64,000 nt of DNA from NCBI GenBank assembly GCA_963719505.1, contig CAVRCF010000005.1:896001-960000 (forward strand), given 5' to 3'. Of the stretch, positions 18,796-28,400 are shown in pieces. A model generated the notes under the pieces. The model ran no database searches and had not been told where the DNA came from. It saw only the letters and a program-made list of their open reading frames with translations. Both the position numbers and the translations under genes were made by a program. Numbering within the stretch: the first letter of the stretch is position 1; every line of letters starts with the position of its first letter. This DNA is from Halobacteriovoraceae bacterium. Lineage in GTDB: Bacteria; Bdellovibrionota; Bacteriovoracia; Bacteriovoracales; Bacteriovoracaceae.

Positions 18796-20982
18796 TTATT
18801 TTTTTAAGATGTCCTGAAAGATATGGAGTGTTTCATCTATGACAGGATCTTTTTGTAATAGCTCAACATACTCTTTTTGTGTTTCTTTCTCTGCTTCATC
18901 TCTCGTCTTTTTGAGACCTGAAACTTTTAAATCCTTATTAATAGCTTCAGACTTAAATTCCTCAGACTTCTTAAACGTCGTATCTCTGTATTCTTGAAAA
19001 GACTTTAGGTTTAGTGTTCTCACCGAATCATCTCTTCTTTTCTTGTACCATTTCGTTGCAGCTGTAACTTTCTTAAAATGATCAGACTTAGACGTTCTCT
19101 TTTCACTTTTTTCTTTAATGTCATCAAGATCGTACTTTGCGTCTTCCCACTTTTTGTACTCAACTGAGCCAATTTCTCCGTAAGGAATTGCGTAGTCAAG
19201 AGATCTTTCTCCAGTCTCCATATAACCAAATGGATCTGGTAGAACAATATCAGGTTTTACACCTTTAAATTGAGTTGATCCACCGTTGACTCTATAGAAC
19301 ATCTGAATAGTAATTTTTAGTGCACCAAGAGGAGTAAACTGCTTGCCAGGTGCTCCTGCATAACGATCAAGCCCCACGACAGCCTGAACTGTTCCCTTTC
19401 CATGTGTTTGCTCACCTGAACCAACGACAATTGCTCGTCCGTAATCCTGAAGAGCAGCGGCAACAATTTCTGAAGCCGAGGCACTGAAACGATTGACGAG
19501 GACAACGACTGGCTTTTTAAAATAAATTTTTCCATCAGTATCCGTTAAGACTTCTTTATTACCTTGGAATCCTTTAACTTGAACGATTGGTCCCTTCTTT
19601 ATAAAGAGTCCACTCATCAGTCTTGCATCCTCAAGGGCTCCTCCACCATTATTTCTAAGATCTAAAATGATACCTTGAACATTTTGCTTTTTAAGCTTAA
19701 TGATTTCAGTTTTAACATCATCAGAACAATTTCTACCATCTGGATTTTCGAAATCTCTATAAAATTTTGGAACCACAATGTATCCAATCTTAACTCCGTA
19801 GTTTTTATTCTCTAACACAGAACTTTTTACGTAAGTCTCTTCGATAACAACTTCATCTCTGACAATGGCAATAACTTTCTTCGTTCCATCAGGACTTTTT
19901 ACAGTCAATTTAACCGTCGTTCCCTTCTTTCCTCGAATAAGCTTAACCGCATCTTTTAGACTCATATTAACAACGTCAACGGGCTTTTTATCCCCTTGCC
20001 CAACAGCGAGAATAATATCTTCAGCGGCTAATTCTTTGCCTTTCCAAGATGCACTTCCAGGAATAATCTTCTCTACTTTAATATAAGAGTTCTCTTCTCT
20101 AAGAAGTGCTCCAATACCTTCAAGTTTCCCTGACATATCGATATCAAAGTCTTCTTTTTCTTCTGGAATTAAATAATGAGTATGCGGATCATAGACTCTT
20201 GTAATCGAATTGTAGAATCTATCGAGACGATCATTTCCTTCAATTTCTTTGAGTCTTTTAAAGACTTTCTCATATCTTTTGGCAATCTTCTCTCTCGCCT
20301 CTTTTTCAATTTGAGCATCTGAGAGTTTCTTTACTTTTTTCTTACTCTTTTTGGCTTCTTTTTTCTCTTTGTCCGTTTGGTTCTTACCTAGCTGAGTATC
20401 TTTTTCTTCGATAAAATCAGAAAGAACATCTAACGTTAACATTTTAGTCCATCGATCGAGAAGTTGCTTTTCAGTTTGAACAAACTTTCTCTTTTTAGGA
20501 TCAGTTTCAAATGTCATTTTAGAATCCAGATCGACTGGCTTTGAAAGTAATTTTTTTACGTGAGCTTCAACCGTTGAGATTCTTTTATCTAATATGGACA
20601 TGGCCTTGTTGATAACCACTAAGTCCCCTGACTTTAATTCGTCATCAAACTTCTCTTCAAATTTATTTAATTCACGCACATCTCCTGCAAGCAGAAACTG
20701 TTTACCGTAATCGATTCGCTCTAAAAAGAGTTTATAAGCATCTTCAGACAAATCATCATCAATGGTTTTCTTAGCGTAATGCATATTTTCAAGAGCACCT
20801 TTGAGGATATTCCCTAAGATTTTCTCTTTACTTAGTCGAAGCTCACCTGAGACTAATGCTCCAAGACTTGTCGGCTTTTTATTTTGCTCGGTACTCATCA
20901 TAGACGAGCTTCCCTGAGATAGAGCAAGTGGACTGGCCACAGCCATTACTAAACCAAAGGCCATAAGTTTTAACTTAGACAT
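18796..20982 (-). CDS. prc: Carboxy-terminal processing protease (S41A, Prc/Tsp)
   Basis: YDPHTHY, PDZ GIGA, DLRNNGGG, SASASE, GKGTVQ, GGSTQ motifs. Confidence 0.93.
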   Translation of the reverse strand: MSKLKLMAFGLVMAVASPLALSQGSSSMMSTEQNKKPTSLGALVSGELRLSKEKILGNILKGALENMHYAKKTIDDDLSEDAYKLFLERIDYGKQFLLAGDVRELNKFEEKFDDELKSGDLVVINKAMSILDKRISTVEAHVKKLLSKPVDLDSKMTFETDPKKRKFVQTEKQLLDRWTKMLTLDVLSDFIEEKDTQLGKNQTDKEKKEAKKSKKKVKKLSDAQIEKEAREKIAKRYEKVFKRLKEIEGNDRLDRFYNSITRVYDPHTHYLIPEEKEDFDIDMSGKLEGIGALLREENSYIKVEKIIPGSASWKGKELAAEDIILAVGQGDKKPVDVVNMSLKDAVKLIRGKKGTTVKLTVKSPDGTKKVIAIVRDEVVIEETYVKSSVLENKNYGVKIGYIVVPKFYRDFENPDGRNCSDDVKTEIIKLKKQNVQGIILDLRNNGGGALEDARLMSGLFIKKGPIVQVKGFQGNKEVLTDTDGKIYFKKPVVVLVNRFSASASEIVAAALQDYGRAIVVGSGEQTHGKGTVQAVVGLDRYAGAPGKQFTPLGALKITIQMFYRVNGGSTQFKGVKPDIVLPDPFGYMETGERSLDYAIPYGEIGSVEYKKWEDAKYDLDDIKEKSEKRTSKSDHFKKVTAATKWYKKRRDDSVRTLNLKSFQEYRDTTFKKSEEFKSEAINKDLKVSGLKKTRDEAEKETQKEYVELLQKDPVIDETLHIFQDILKK

Positions 20983-20995
20983 TAAAATTCCTTTT

Positions 20996-21439
20996 TTATA
21001 AATTGTTCTTAAATGTATCTCTAAATAACGATACTATTTTTTTACTATCTTCTATTTTTTCTTTTTCACCTTCACATATGGTCAAGTCTTCTCCTCTCAT
21101 CGACAGGGCATAAACTTCTTTGCAAGTCTTACCAGCAAAGGGTTCTTTCATGTATTTGAGATTGATAAAAGAAGCCACGAAGTCTTCATCAATCTTCTTG
21201 GCTTTAAGATGGCCAACTTTAAAAAGAGGACTTGTATTCTTCCCAACCGTCGCTAAAAAGTATTGACCAGCGGTAGATTTTTTAAGCATATACTCACTGC
21301 CTTTCACCTCTTTAATTGAAAGGACAGTTGATATCGTTCTCAAATCTATATTACTTATTTTTGGAGGCGCATCAAAAGCTTGAGTCACACCCAAAAACGA
21401 CGTAAAAATAAATAAAACAAGACCTACTTTAAATTTCAT
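20996..21439 (-). CDS. Secreted hypothetical protein
   Basis: MKFKVGLVLFIFTSFLGVTQA signal peptide; upstream of prc on the same strand. Confidence 0.7.
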   Translation of the reverse strand: MKFKVGLVLFIFTSFLGVTQAFDAPPKISNIDLRTISTVLSIKEVKGSEYMLKKSTAGQYFLATVGKNTSPLFKVGHLKAKKIDEDFVASFINLKYMKEPFAGKTCKEVYALSMRGEDLTICEGEKEKIEDSKKIVSLFRDTFKNNL

Positions 21440-21519
21440 CCCATCATTGTAACAAAGCCTTGTAAAATAAACAGTAAATACTAATTGCCTCAATTTTGTT
21501 AAAACTGTATAAAATTAGT

Positions 21520-22563
21520 ATGAATTTATATCCATTATTCAAATCACTCGCATTTCAACTAGACCCTGAAAGAGTTCATGACTTGTCTATGGGAGTTTTC
21601 TCAAAGTTACCCAATGTCTCGTCTCTATTTCCCGGCTGGAGCCAAAGTGAAAGATATAATCTGTCTGATGGCCATTTAACGTGGAGCAATCCGATCGGAC
21701 TTGCAGCTGGATTTGACAAAAATGCAAGAGCGATAGACTTCTTCACCAATGTTGGCTTTGGGGCCATCGAAGTTGGAACAGTCACTTTGGAGCCACAAAT
21801 TGGCAATGACAAGCCGCGAATATGGAGATATCCAAGCCTACTATCTATTCGTAACGCAATGGGCTTTCCCAACTTGGGCGCTGAAGCAATATACAATAAT
21901 ATCGTCTCTCATAAAAAGACCTCAACTCCATTGGGTGTCAATATCGGAAAAAATAAAGAGACTTCAGTCAAAGATACTCCTCTTGAGTATGCAAAGCTCT
22001 ATGAAAAATTTGCGCCGATTTGTGATTATCTGGTTATTAATATTTCATCACCAAACACTCCAGGGCTTAGGGAGTTGCAAACGAAAGAAGCGTTTGCAGA
22101 AATTTGTACGGCCGTGAATGAAAAAAGAGTTCTTCGTCCTAAGCCTCTTTATCTAAAGATTTCCCCGGACTCAAACCCCAAGGATATTCGAGATTTGGTA
22201 GAGCTTTCAAAACAGTATAAAATTAGTGGAATTATTGCGACGAATACAACTTCTGATCATCAATTTCAAAAAGGTGGTATGTCTGGGGCCTATCTCAAAG
22301 ACATCTCACACAAGATGAGAAAACAGGTTTGCGAAATGACTAAAGAGACAAAAGATCTCAGTGTCATAGGAGTAGGAGGAATTAATTCGTTTGCTGAAAT
22401 TCTAGATTTTTGGAAAGACGGCGGAAAAATGGTTCAGCTCTACTCCAGTTTTATTTTCGAGGGACCTCAATTACTCACTAATATTCAAAATGAGCTTGAT
22501 CTGTACCTCGACAACTTGGGCTTACAAAACGTTCAACAGCTCGTTGATAGTTTAAATCATTAA
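21520..22563 (+). CDS. pyrD: Quinone-dependent dihydroorotate dehydrogenase
   Basis: GLAAGFDKN, NAMGFPN, NISSPNTPGLR, KISPD, GGMSG motifs. Confidence 0.95.
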   Translation: MNLYPLFKSLAFQLDPERVHDLSMGVFSKLPNVSSLFPGWSQSERYNLSDGHLTWSNPIGLAAGFDKNARAIDFFTNVGFGAIEVGTVTLEPQIGNDKPRIWRYPSLLSIRNAMGFPNLGAEAIYNNIVSHKKTSTPLGVNIGKNKETSVKDTPLEYAKLYEKFAPICDYLVINISSPNTPGLRELQTKEAFAEICTAVNEKRVLRPKPLYLKISPDSNPKDIRDLVELSKQYKISGIIATNTTSDHQFQKGGMSGAYLKDISHKMRKQVCEMTKETKDLSVIGVGGINSFAEILDFWKDGGKMVQLYSSFIFEGPQLLTNIQNELDLYLDNLGLQNVQQLVDSLNH

Positions 22564-23969
22564 AATAAAGATCCAAATTTTTCTAAAAGAGAATTGACGA
22601 TACCTGCTTTCTTTTCTGTGTAAGGAGGATAAAAGTAAGATGTCCCAAGATCGATATCTCGTCTCATGACGCTTCTGAGGTGAGAGAACTCTTCGAATCC
22701 ATACTCTCCGTGATAACGACCAAGCCCAGACTTTCCAGCTCCACCAAAAGGGAGTGTCGGATGACCAACGGCCAAGAGCACATCATTGATAGTCACTCCT
22801 CCATTAGAGGTACTCTCCATAAGCTTATTCATCGAACTTTTTGAATCACTAAAGATATACATCGCAAGTGCGTTGTCGTAGTCATTTATAAAATCAATTG
22901 CTTCATCTATATTGGTATAATTCACAATTGGAAGAACGGGACCAAAAATCTCATCCTCCATAACATCCATCTTCTTATCAATATTTGTTAGAATGGTTGG
23001 ATGAAGAATTCTTTTGTCAGCAATATACTCGCCACCACACTCGAGCTTCGCACCAGCTTCTATGGCCTGATCAACTAATTTTTTTAGCCGCTCACCGTGG
23101 CGATCCGTAATAATATAATTATAATCCTCACTGTGTTCAACTTCTTCACCGTAAAACTCTTTGAGATATTTTTTACAGGCTTCAACAAATTCCGACTCAT
23201 CATCTTTGTGAATTAAGACATAGTCTGGAGCAACACAAGTTTGACCTCCGTTGACGAATTTTCCCCACATTATTTTCTTTGCCGCTTTATCGAGATTGAT
23301 CTTTCTGTCGACAAAAACTGGTGACTTTCCACCAAGCTCTAAAGCAACACTTGAGAGGTTTTTACTGGCAGCCTCCATCACTATTTTTCCTACAGGAGTA
23401 CTTCCCGTGAAGAAGATATGATCAAAAGGAAGCTTTAAAAGTTCTGTAGAAGCTTTTGCATCCCCTTCAAAAACGACGACTTCATTTGAAGTAAAAACAC
23501 TAGAGAGGAGATCAATGACGACCTTATTCGTCTCAGGAGTATACTCTGAAGGTTTTAAAATACTTGTATTTCCCGCCGCAAATGCTGTGAGAACGGGATA
23601 GATCGCCAACTGAAAAGGATAATTCCAAGGAGAGAGAATAAGACAATTCCCCTTCCCCTCTCTTCTTACCCAGTTTTTAGAACCTTTAAATAAAAGTGGT
23701 GACGATTCCTTTTTGTCACTCATCCACAAAGGAAGCTTCTTTTCCAAAAGGTTGATCATACTTATCACGGGCATTATCTCTGTAAGATCCGTCTCTACGA
23801 GGGGCTTATGAAAATCTTTTGAAAGAGCAGCAGCAATTTCGTCTTTTTTTGAGATAAGCAGCTTTTTAAACTTCCTAAGCTTACCAAGCCGGTATGAAGC
23901 CGAAGAATTTCTCACCTTATATTTGTGAGCTTTTTGAGCGCTAAATGCCTGAGTATATTGATCTTCCAT
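22560..23969 (-). CDS. Aldehyde dehydrogenase (ALDH3/coniferyl-aldehyde type)
   Basis: PWNYP, FTGS, LELGGKSP, GQTCVAPDY, EIFGP. Confidence 0.93.
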   Translation of the reverse strand: MEDQYTQAFSAQKAHKYKVRNSSASYRLGKLRKFKKLLISKKDEIAAALSKDFHKPLVETDLTEIMPVISMINLLEKKLPLWMSDKKESSPLLFKGSKNWVRREGKGNCLILSPWNYPFQLAIYPVLTAFAAGNTSILKPSEYTPETNKVVIDLLSSVFTSNEVVVFEGDAKASTELLKLPFDHIFFTGSTPVGKIVMEAASKNLSSVALELGGKSPVFVDRKINLDKAAKKIMWGKFVNGGQTCVAPDYVLIHKDDESEFVEACKKYLKEFYGEEVEHSEDYNYIITDRHGERLKKLVDQAIEAGAKLECGGEYIADKRILHPTILTNIDKKMDVMEDEIFGPVLPIVNYTNIDEAIDFINDYDNALAMYIFSDSKSSMNKLMESTSNGGVTINDVLLAVGHPTLPFGGAGKSGLGRYHGEYGFEEFSHLRSVMRRDIDLGTSYFYPPYTEKKAGIVNSLLEKFGSLF

Positions 23970-24031
23970 TCTCTTTTCCTTTGCAGATTGAGCCTTAGTA
24001 TAAATTAAAAAGCACCAGATGCAAAAAAAAC

Positions 24032-24058
24032 TAAAAGACTAAGTAAATATACCGATAA
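24032..24058 (+). promoter_or_regulatory. Putative sigma28 (FliA) promoter
   Basis: TAAA-N15-ACCGATAA, 30 nt upstream of the lipoprotein start. Confidence 0.65.
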
Positions 24059-24088
24059 AGAATTAGTAATAATCAAAATGGAGTCTTT

Positions 24089-25048
24089 ATGTTTAAATTA
24101 TCATCAGTTTTACTAGCAGCATTGGCCCTTAGTTCTTGTCAATCTTTCAACTCTGTAAGCGAGTATAGTCCGAATCAAAGACGATATATTGCAAATATTG
24201 GTTCCGGAGTCTTAAAGGGATTTATTGATGATATTTCGGCTCAAACTCGTAACTCAACGCAAAGATTCACCAATAAACAAATTGAAAAGAAGGCCCTTGA
24301 ATACATCAAGAAGAATCATAAAAAACTTGGAATAACAAAAAGCCAGGCTGATGAGATTACTTCAATTTATGATGATCTTCCTTATATGAATAAAGTTCAC
24401 AAACACTTAACAAGAAATATAACTGATATTGTCCCTGTAAACTCTAGCATTGCAGAAAAAGCTTATGCTGCTATTCAGAGATCGGGTTCAAGTTTAAATC
24501 CATACAGTGTGGCCGGAAGAGAACTAAGAGAGGGAACTCTTGCAGCTCGAAGCTCAGCTTCACCAAGCGCACCATTAAACTTCGACGACGCAGTTGTAAG
24601 ACAAGAGATTAGAAACGTTGACGATGTCGCTGTAAGAAGAACGTACCAAGATAACTATAAACTTTTTAAATCAAGAGAAGCTGCAGACCCTATTGCAGCG
24701 GCTAATATTAATGAGATCATTGAAAGTGCAACTGTTGTCTACAATAGAACTGGTAAGAGTGCTATGGGTAAAGGCTGTAAAAAGTTTAATGAAAATGCCT
24801 CAAGCGAAGTTCTTGAAGTTAAAGCCAACCTTGATTTAGAATTTGCTATCGCAGTTGAAAAAAAGGCTTTTGAAAAAGCTGGTGGACCTTTTAAACATCA
24901 CAAAGATGTTCCCGCTAATAAGAAACTTACAGTTGAAGAAATAGATGAAATTAGAGTTGCCACTTTTCAAAAGCAGCTCAATTATACGGCTGAAGAAGCG
25001 GCTACAGCTGTGAAGAGACTCAAAAGAGCACCTTGTCAGGTTTACTAA
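24089..25048 (+). CDS. Hypothetical lipoprotein
   Basis: GGAG SD; lipobox LSSC; helical composition. Confidence 0.8.
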   Translation: MFKLSSVLLAALALSSCQSFNSVSEYSPNQRRYIANIGSGVLKGFIDDISAQTRNSTQRFTNKQIEKKALEYIKKNHKKLGITKSQADEITSIYDDLPYMNKVHKHLTRNITDIVPVNSSIAEKAYAAIQRSGSSLNPYSVAGRELREGTLAARSSASPSAPLNFDDAVVRQEIRNVDDVAVRRTYQDNYKLFKSREAADPIAAANINEIIESATVVYNRTGKSAMGKGCKKFNENASSEVLEVKANLDLEFAIAVEKKAFEKAGGPFKHHKDVPANKKLTVEEIDEIRVATFQKQLNYTAEEAATAVKRLKRAPCQVY

Positions 25049-25053
25049 TTTAA

Positions 25054-25401
25054 ATGAACTACTTTGACACAAAGTTTCTTCATATTGTCTCTGTTATTGT
25101 CATGTTCATGTCAATAACAGCAACCCTTTACAAGCCAGAGGGAAAGCTTCATAAAATCCTCTCTGGTATCTTTACTATTATCGTTCTTATCTCAGGAATA
25201 CTTTTACTTCGACGTTTTGGGATTACTTCATCCGGTCCTTTTCCGGCGTGGGTCCTTGTCAAAATGGCCATGTGGCTAGCCGTGGGAATCATATCCCCTA
25301 TCGTTGTCAAAAGGTTTAAGAAGTTTGCACATCTTCTTATATGGCCTTGGATGATAGCGATGGCAATCGCTACGGCCATGGCCATCTACAAACCTCTTTA
25401 G
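25054..25401 (+). CDS. SirB2-like four-TM membrane protein
   Basis: KFLHI, LISG and WVLVK pattern across four hydrophobic segments. Confidence 0.6.
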   Translation: MNYFDTKFLHIVSVIVMFMSITATLYKPEGKLHKILSGIFTIIVLISGILLLRRFGITSSGPFPAWVLVKMAMWLAVGIISPIVVKRFKKFAHLLIWPWMIAMAIATAMAIYKPL

Positions 25402-25404
25402 TTT

Positions 25405-28400
25405 CTAATCATGGTAAGTTCTTACACCGTTATCGATGCTCATACTTTGAGCGATCTTCTCTTCCATGATTTGTCTTGCCCTATTGGCTTCCTCTGTGAG
25501 TGTTCCATTTTGACTAACCATAGATTCGTAATAGTTAATAAGGTCTTCAGAATCTGATTTAAACTTATAGTTAGGGTCAACAACATCTCCCATAAAAGTA
25601 TTTTGTGGGTAAACGGCCATCTTAAAGTTTTGAGCAGTATTTCCATACAAGTAAGCCATTGGACGAAGACCTTCTACAACTTTAGCATGATCCTTAAACG
25701 TTTTATGAAAGGCCTTCATCGTTCCCTTAGACTTTTTAGCCACTTCTTTTAAGACAAGAATTTCTTGATCCGTAAAGTTTTTAAGCATCTGCCCCATGAG
25801 ATCATCACCTTCTCTAACGATAGTTCCTGCTTGGATTCCATTTTTAAAGTCCATCATCTTATCAACAGTCTTGGCAATATTATCAGCTCTGTCTTTAACC
25901 ATTTTTGCTTGCATATCTTTAAGCTCTGTCCACATTTGGTCATTGTCTTTAAGGAATTTTACAAGTCTTCCTTCTTTGACAGCCTTTAGGTATGAACTCG
26001 GTACAAAAGCATATTTTGAGTACTGAATTCCATTATCTAAAACTTCCCTAAAGCCCAGACCACCATTTAATTTAATTTTTTGAACGTATCCAGCTTCTTT
26101 TGAAACAAACTCAGTATAGGTAGTCAGTCTGTCACTTAAAGCTTTCTGATAAGTCTTGATTTCTTCAAGTAGTTGCCAAGGTTTCGTGTGAACTCCCGCC
26201 TCTTTAGCCGCTCTTGATAGACCGATTCTCAAAGGAGCACCGTGGAGAAGCTCAGGAGGAAGAGCTTGGTACCTTGGTTGGTAAGCACGTGCTCTATTAA
26301 TGATCTGCTGACCTTTTGCAACAAGTGCTTTAGGTGCTCCAAGTCTTGCTCTTAGATCTTTAAATCTTTCAATTTTATAAGTCCCTGCTGGAGGTGCACT
26401 GAAACCGCGAAGTTTAGTATTTGTGAGTCTTCTATAAGCCCCGCGACCAACAACACCAGAAGATTTTCCTATATGCTTAACAAGTGCACCGGCGTAAAGA
26501 AAATCCAGTGGCATTAAACCTATTGTCCAAGCTTGCTTAGATTTTAAAGCCGCTTGTTCAGATCTCAACATATCCCAGTCGACAACTTGAGAAAAATCAA
26601 CTTGTGACTGAGCGAGTGATCTTTGAAACTTTAACTGATGAGGCATTTCTACAAAGTGCGTATTTACTCTTGCATAAAGTGAACCGACAACAATGGGAAA
26701 AGAGATAAAGAACTCTAGGGCCAAAAATCCCGAAGCCATTGCGTAGACACCGCCGATAACTCCTGGTGCAGCCGTTCCGCCTGATCCAATAATTAAGACC
26801 ACCGCAAGTGCTACAAGAGCAGCATATCCAAGAACCTTAAGTGATGGCTCAAAGTAGTCTTCATTTAGTGCTTCCCACTTTGATCTTATATCTTTAACAA
26901 TAGCTGTATCAAGATTTTCAAGGTGCTTTGCTTCCTCTTCGCTTCCCCCCATAGGGTTTTTAATTGTCGCTCTAAGAAAGCCTGAAGCTTTAAACATATC
27001 TTTAAATGACTGATCATTTTTATAATTTAAATAATTGGCAACACAAAATTTGTAAAGCTTAGAGCCTGCGTTTTTAATACCATCTTCGATAACATCATCG
27101 ATCATCTCTTTGGCTTTTCTCTCATCTAAATAACCCGTTTTCTTGTTATAAGCCTCAAGAGAGATCTGAGTCAGTAAAGGTGCTTTTTTAGTTTTTGTGC
27201 TTTGATAAGTCGTTGAAGATCCCATCCCATACATTCCATAACTTGGAGTATGCGCAGTATAAGTCTCCGTCCAAGTATAGTCATTTCTTAAAAGAGGTGC
27301 CATTTGGTAAGCCTGACTTGTTTTATTGATTGCAAGAAGCTCTTGGTCTGAATTTTGTGAAGCAAATAAATCTCCGACAATCCCGTTTGAGTATCCCATC
27401 ATATTAAGATTAAGAACGGTCAAGAGTCTATAAACAAAATGGTTCATCGACTTTATTCTCTTCTCTTCGCTTATACTTCTTGCCTTCGTATACTTTAAAA
27501 CTTCCGGCTTTTGCTCAAGTTTCTCTACTGATTTTTTATTTAGAATATTTGCGTTCTTAACAAGTCTTAGAAGCTCATTATTAACTTGCCCGACAACTCC
27601 TTTTGGAGAAATGATCTTACCGCTGTCGTTAATAAAGGTTGGGATGGCAACTTCACCTGTTGTGAGTTTATCTTTATTCCAGCCAGGAGTAACGCCTGGA
27701 ACTTTTCTTGGGACACTTGTGAAATAAGGATGAACTGCAACAGCTGTATTATCGGCAACATTTTCATTTAACCTAGCAACATAGTTAAGAACATTATCCA
27801 TATCTTCTTGTGATACTTCTTGCATAAAGTCACGATTTGAAAGGTTAAAAGGTTTACCGTCTGCAAAGACTGGAAGTCTTGGTCTAGCGACTCTTGTATT
27901 GTCTCTTGGAAAAATTTCTACTCTATTTTGGTATTGTCTTAAAATATAACCTTGAACATCAAAAGGAAATTTCTTATGAAGCTCTTTGGCATACTCTTTC
28001 GTGATTTTTCTAAGGCTTTGTGCTCGCGCAATAGATGATCCTGTGTATTCATACTTTCCATTTTTTTGAACGAGATATTTTTTATTGAAATCTTTGGCGA
28101 TGCTTTCAAAGAACTCACTAAGCTCTTTGGCCCATTCAGGGTTGTTTTCTAAAGCAAATTGAATATCAAAATTACTCTTAAGTTTATTTTCAAAAAACAT
28201 CATTAATTCTTCAACATTTTCTGGGTCAAGACGAAGCATTGTATGAATTTGCTCTTCCTCTTCTAAACCTTTTAAGATTCTTGCCGCTTGAACTGACTTC
28301 TTTACAACACTAAGTGTCTCATTTATTTTTGCTTCACGATTCGCACGTCTAAGCTCTGATTGATTATTATAGTTTCTAAGAGTTGCTAATAGTTTCTTTT

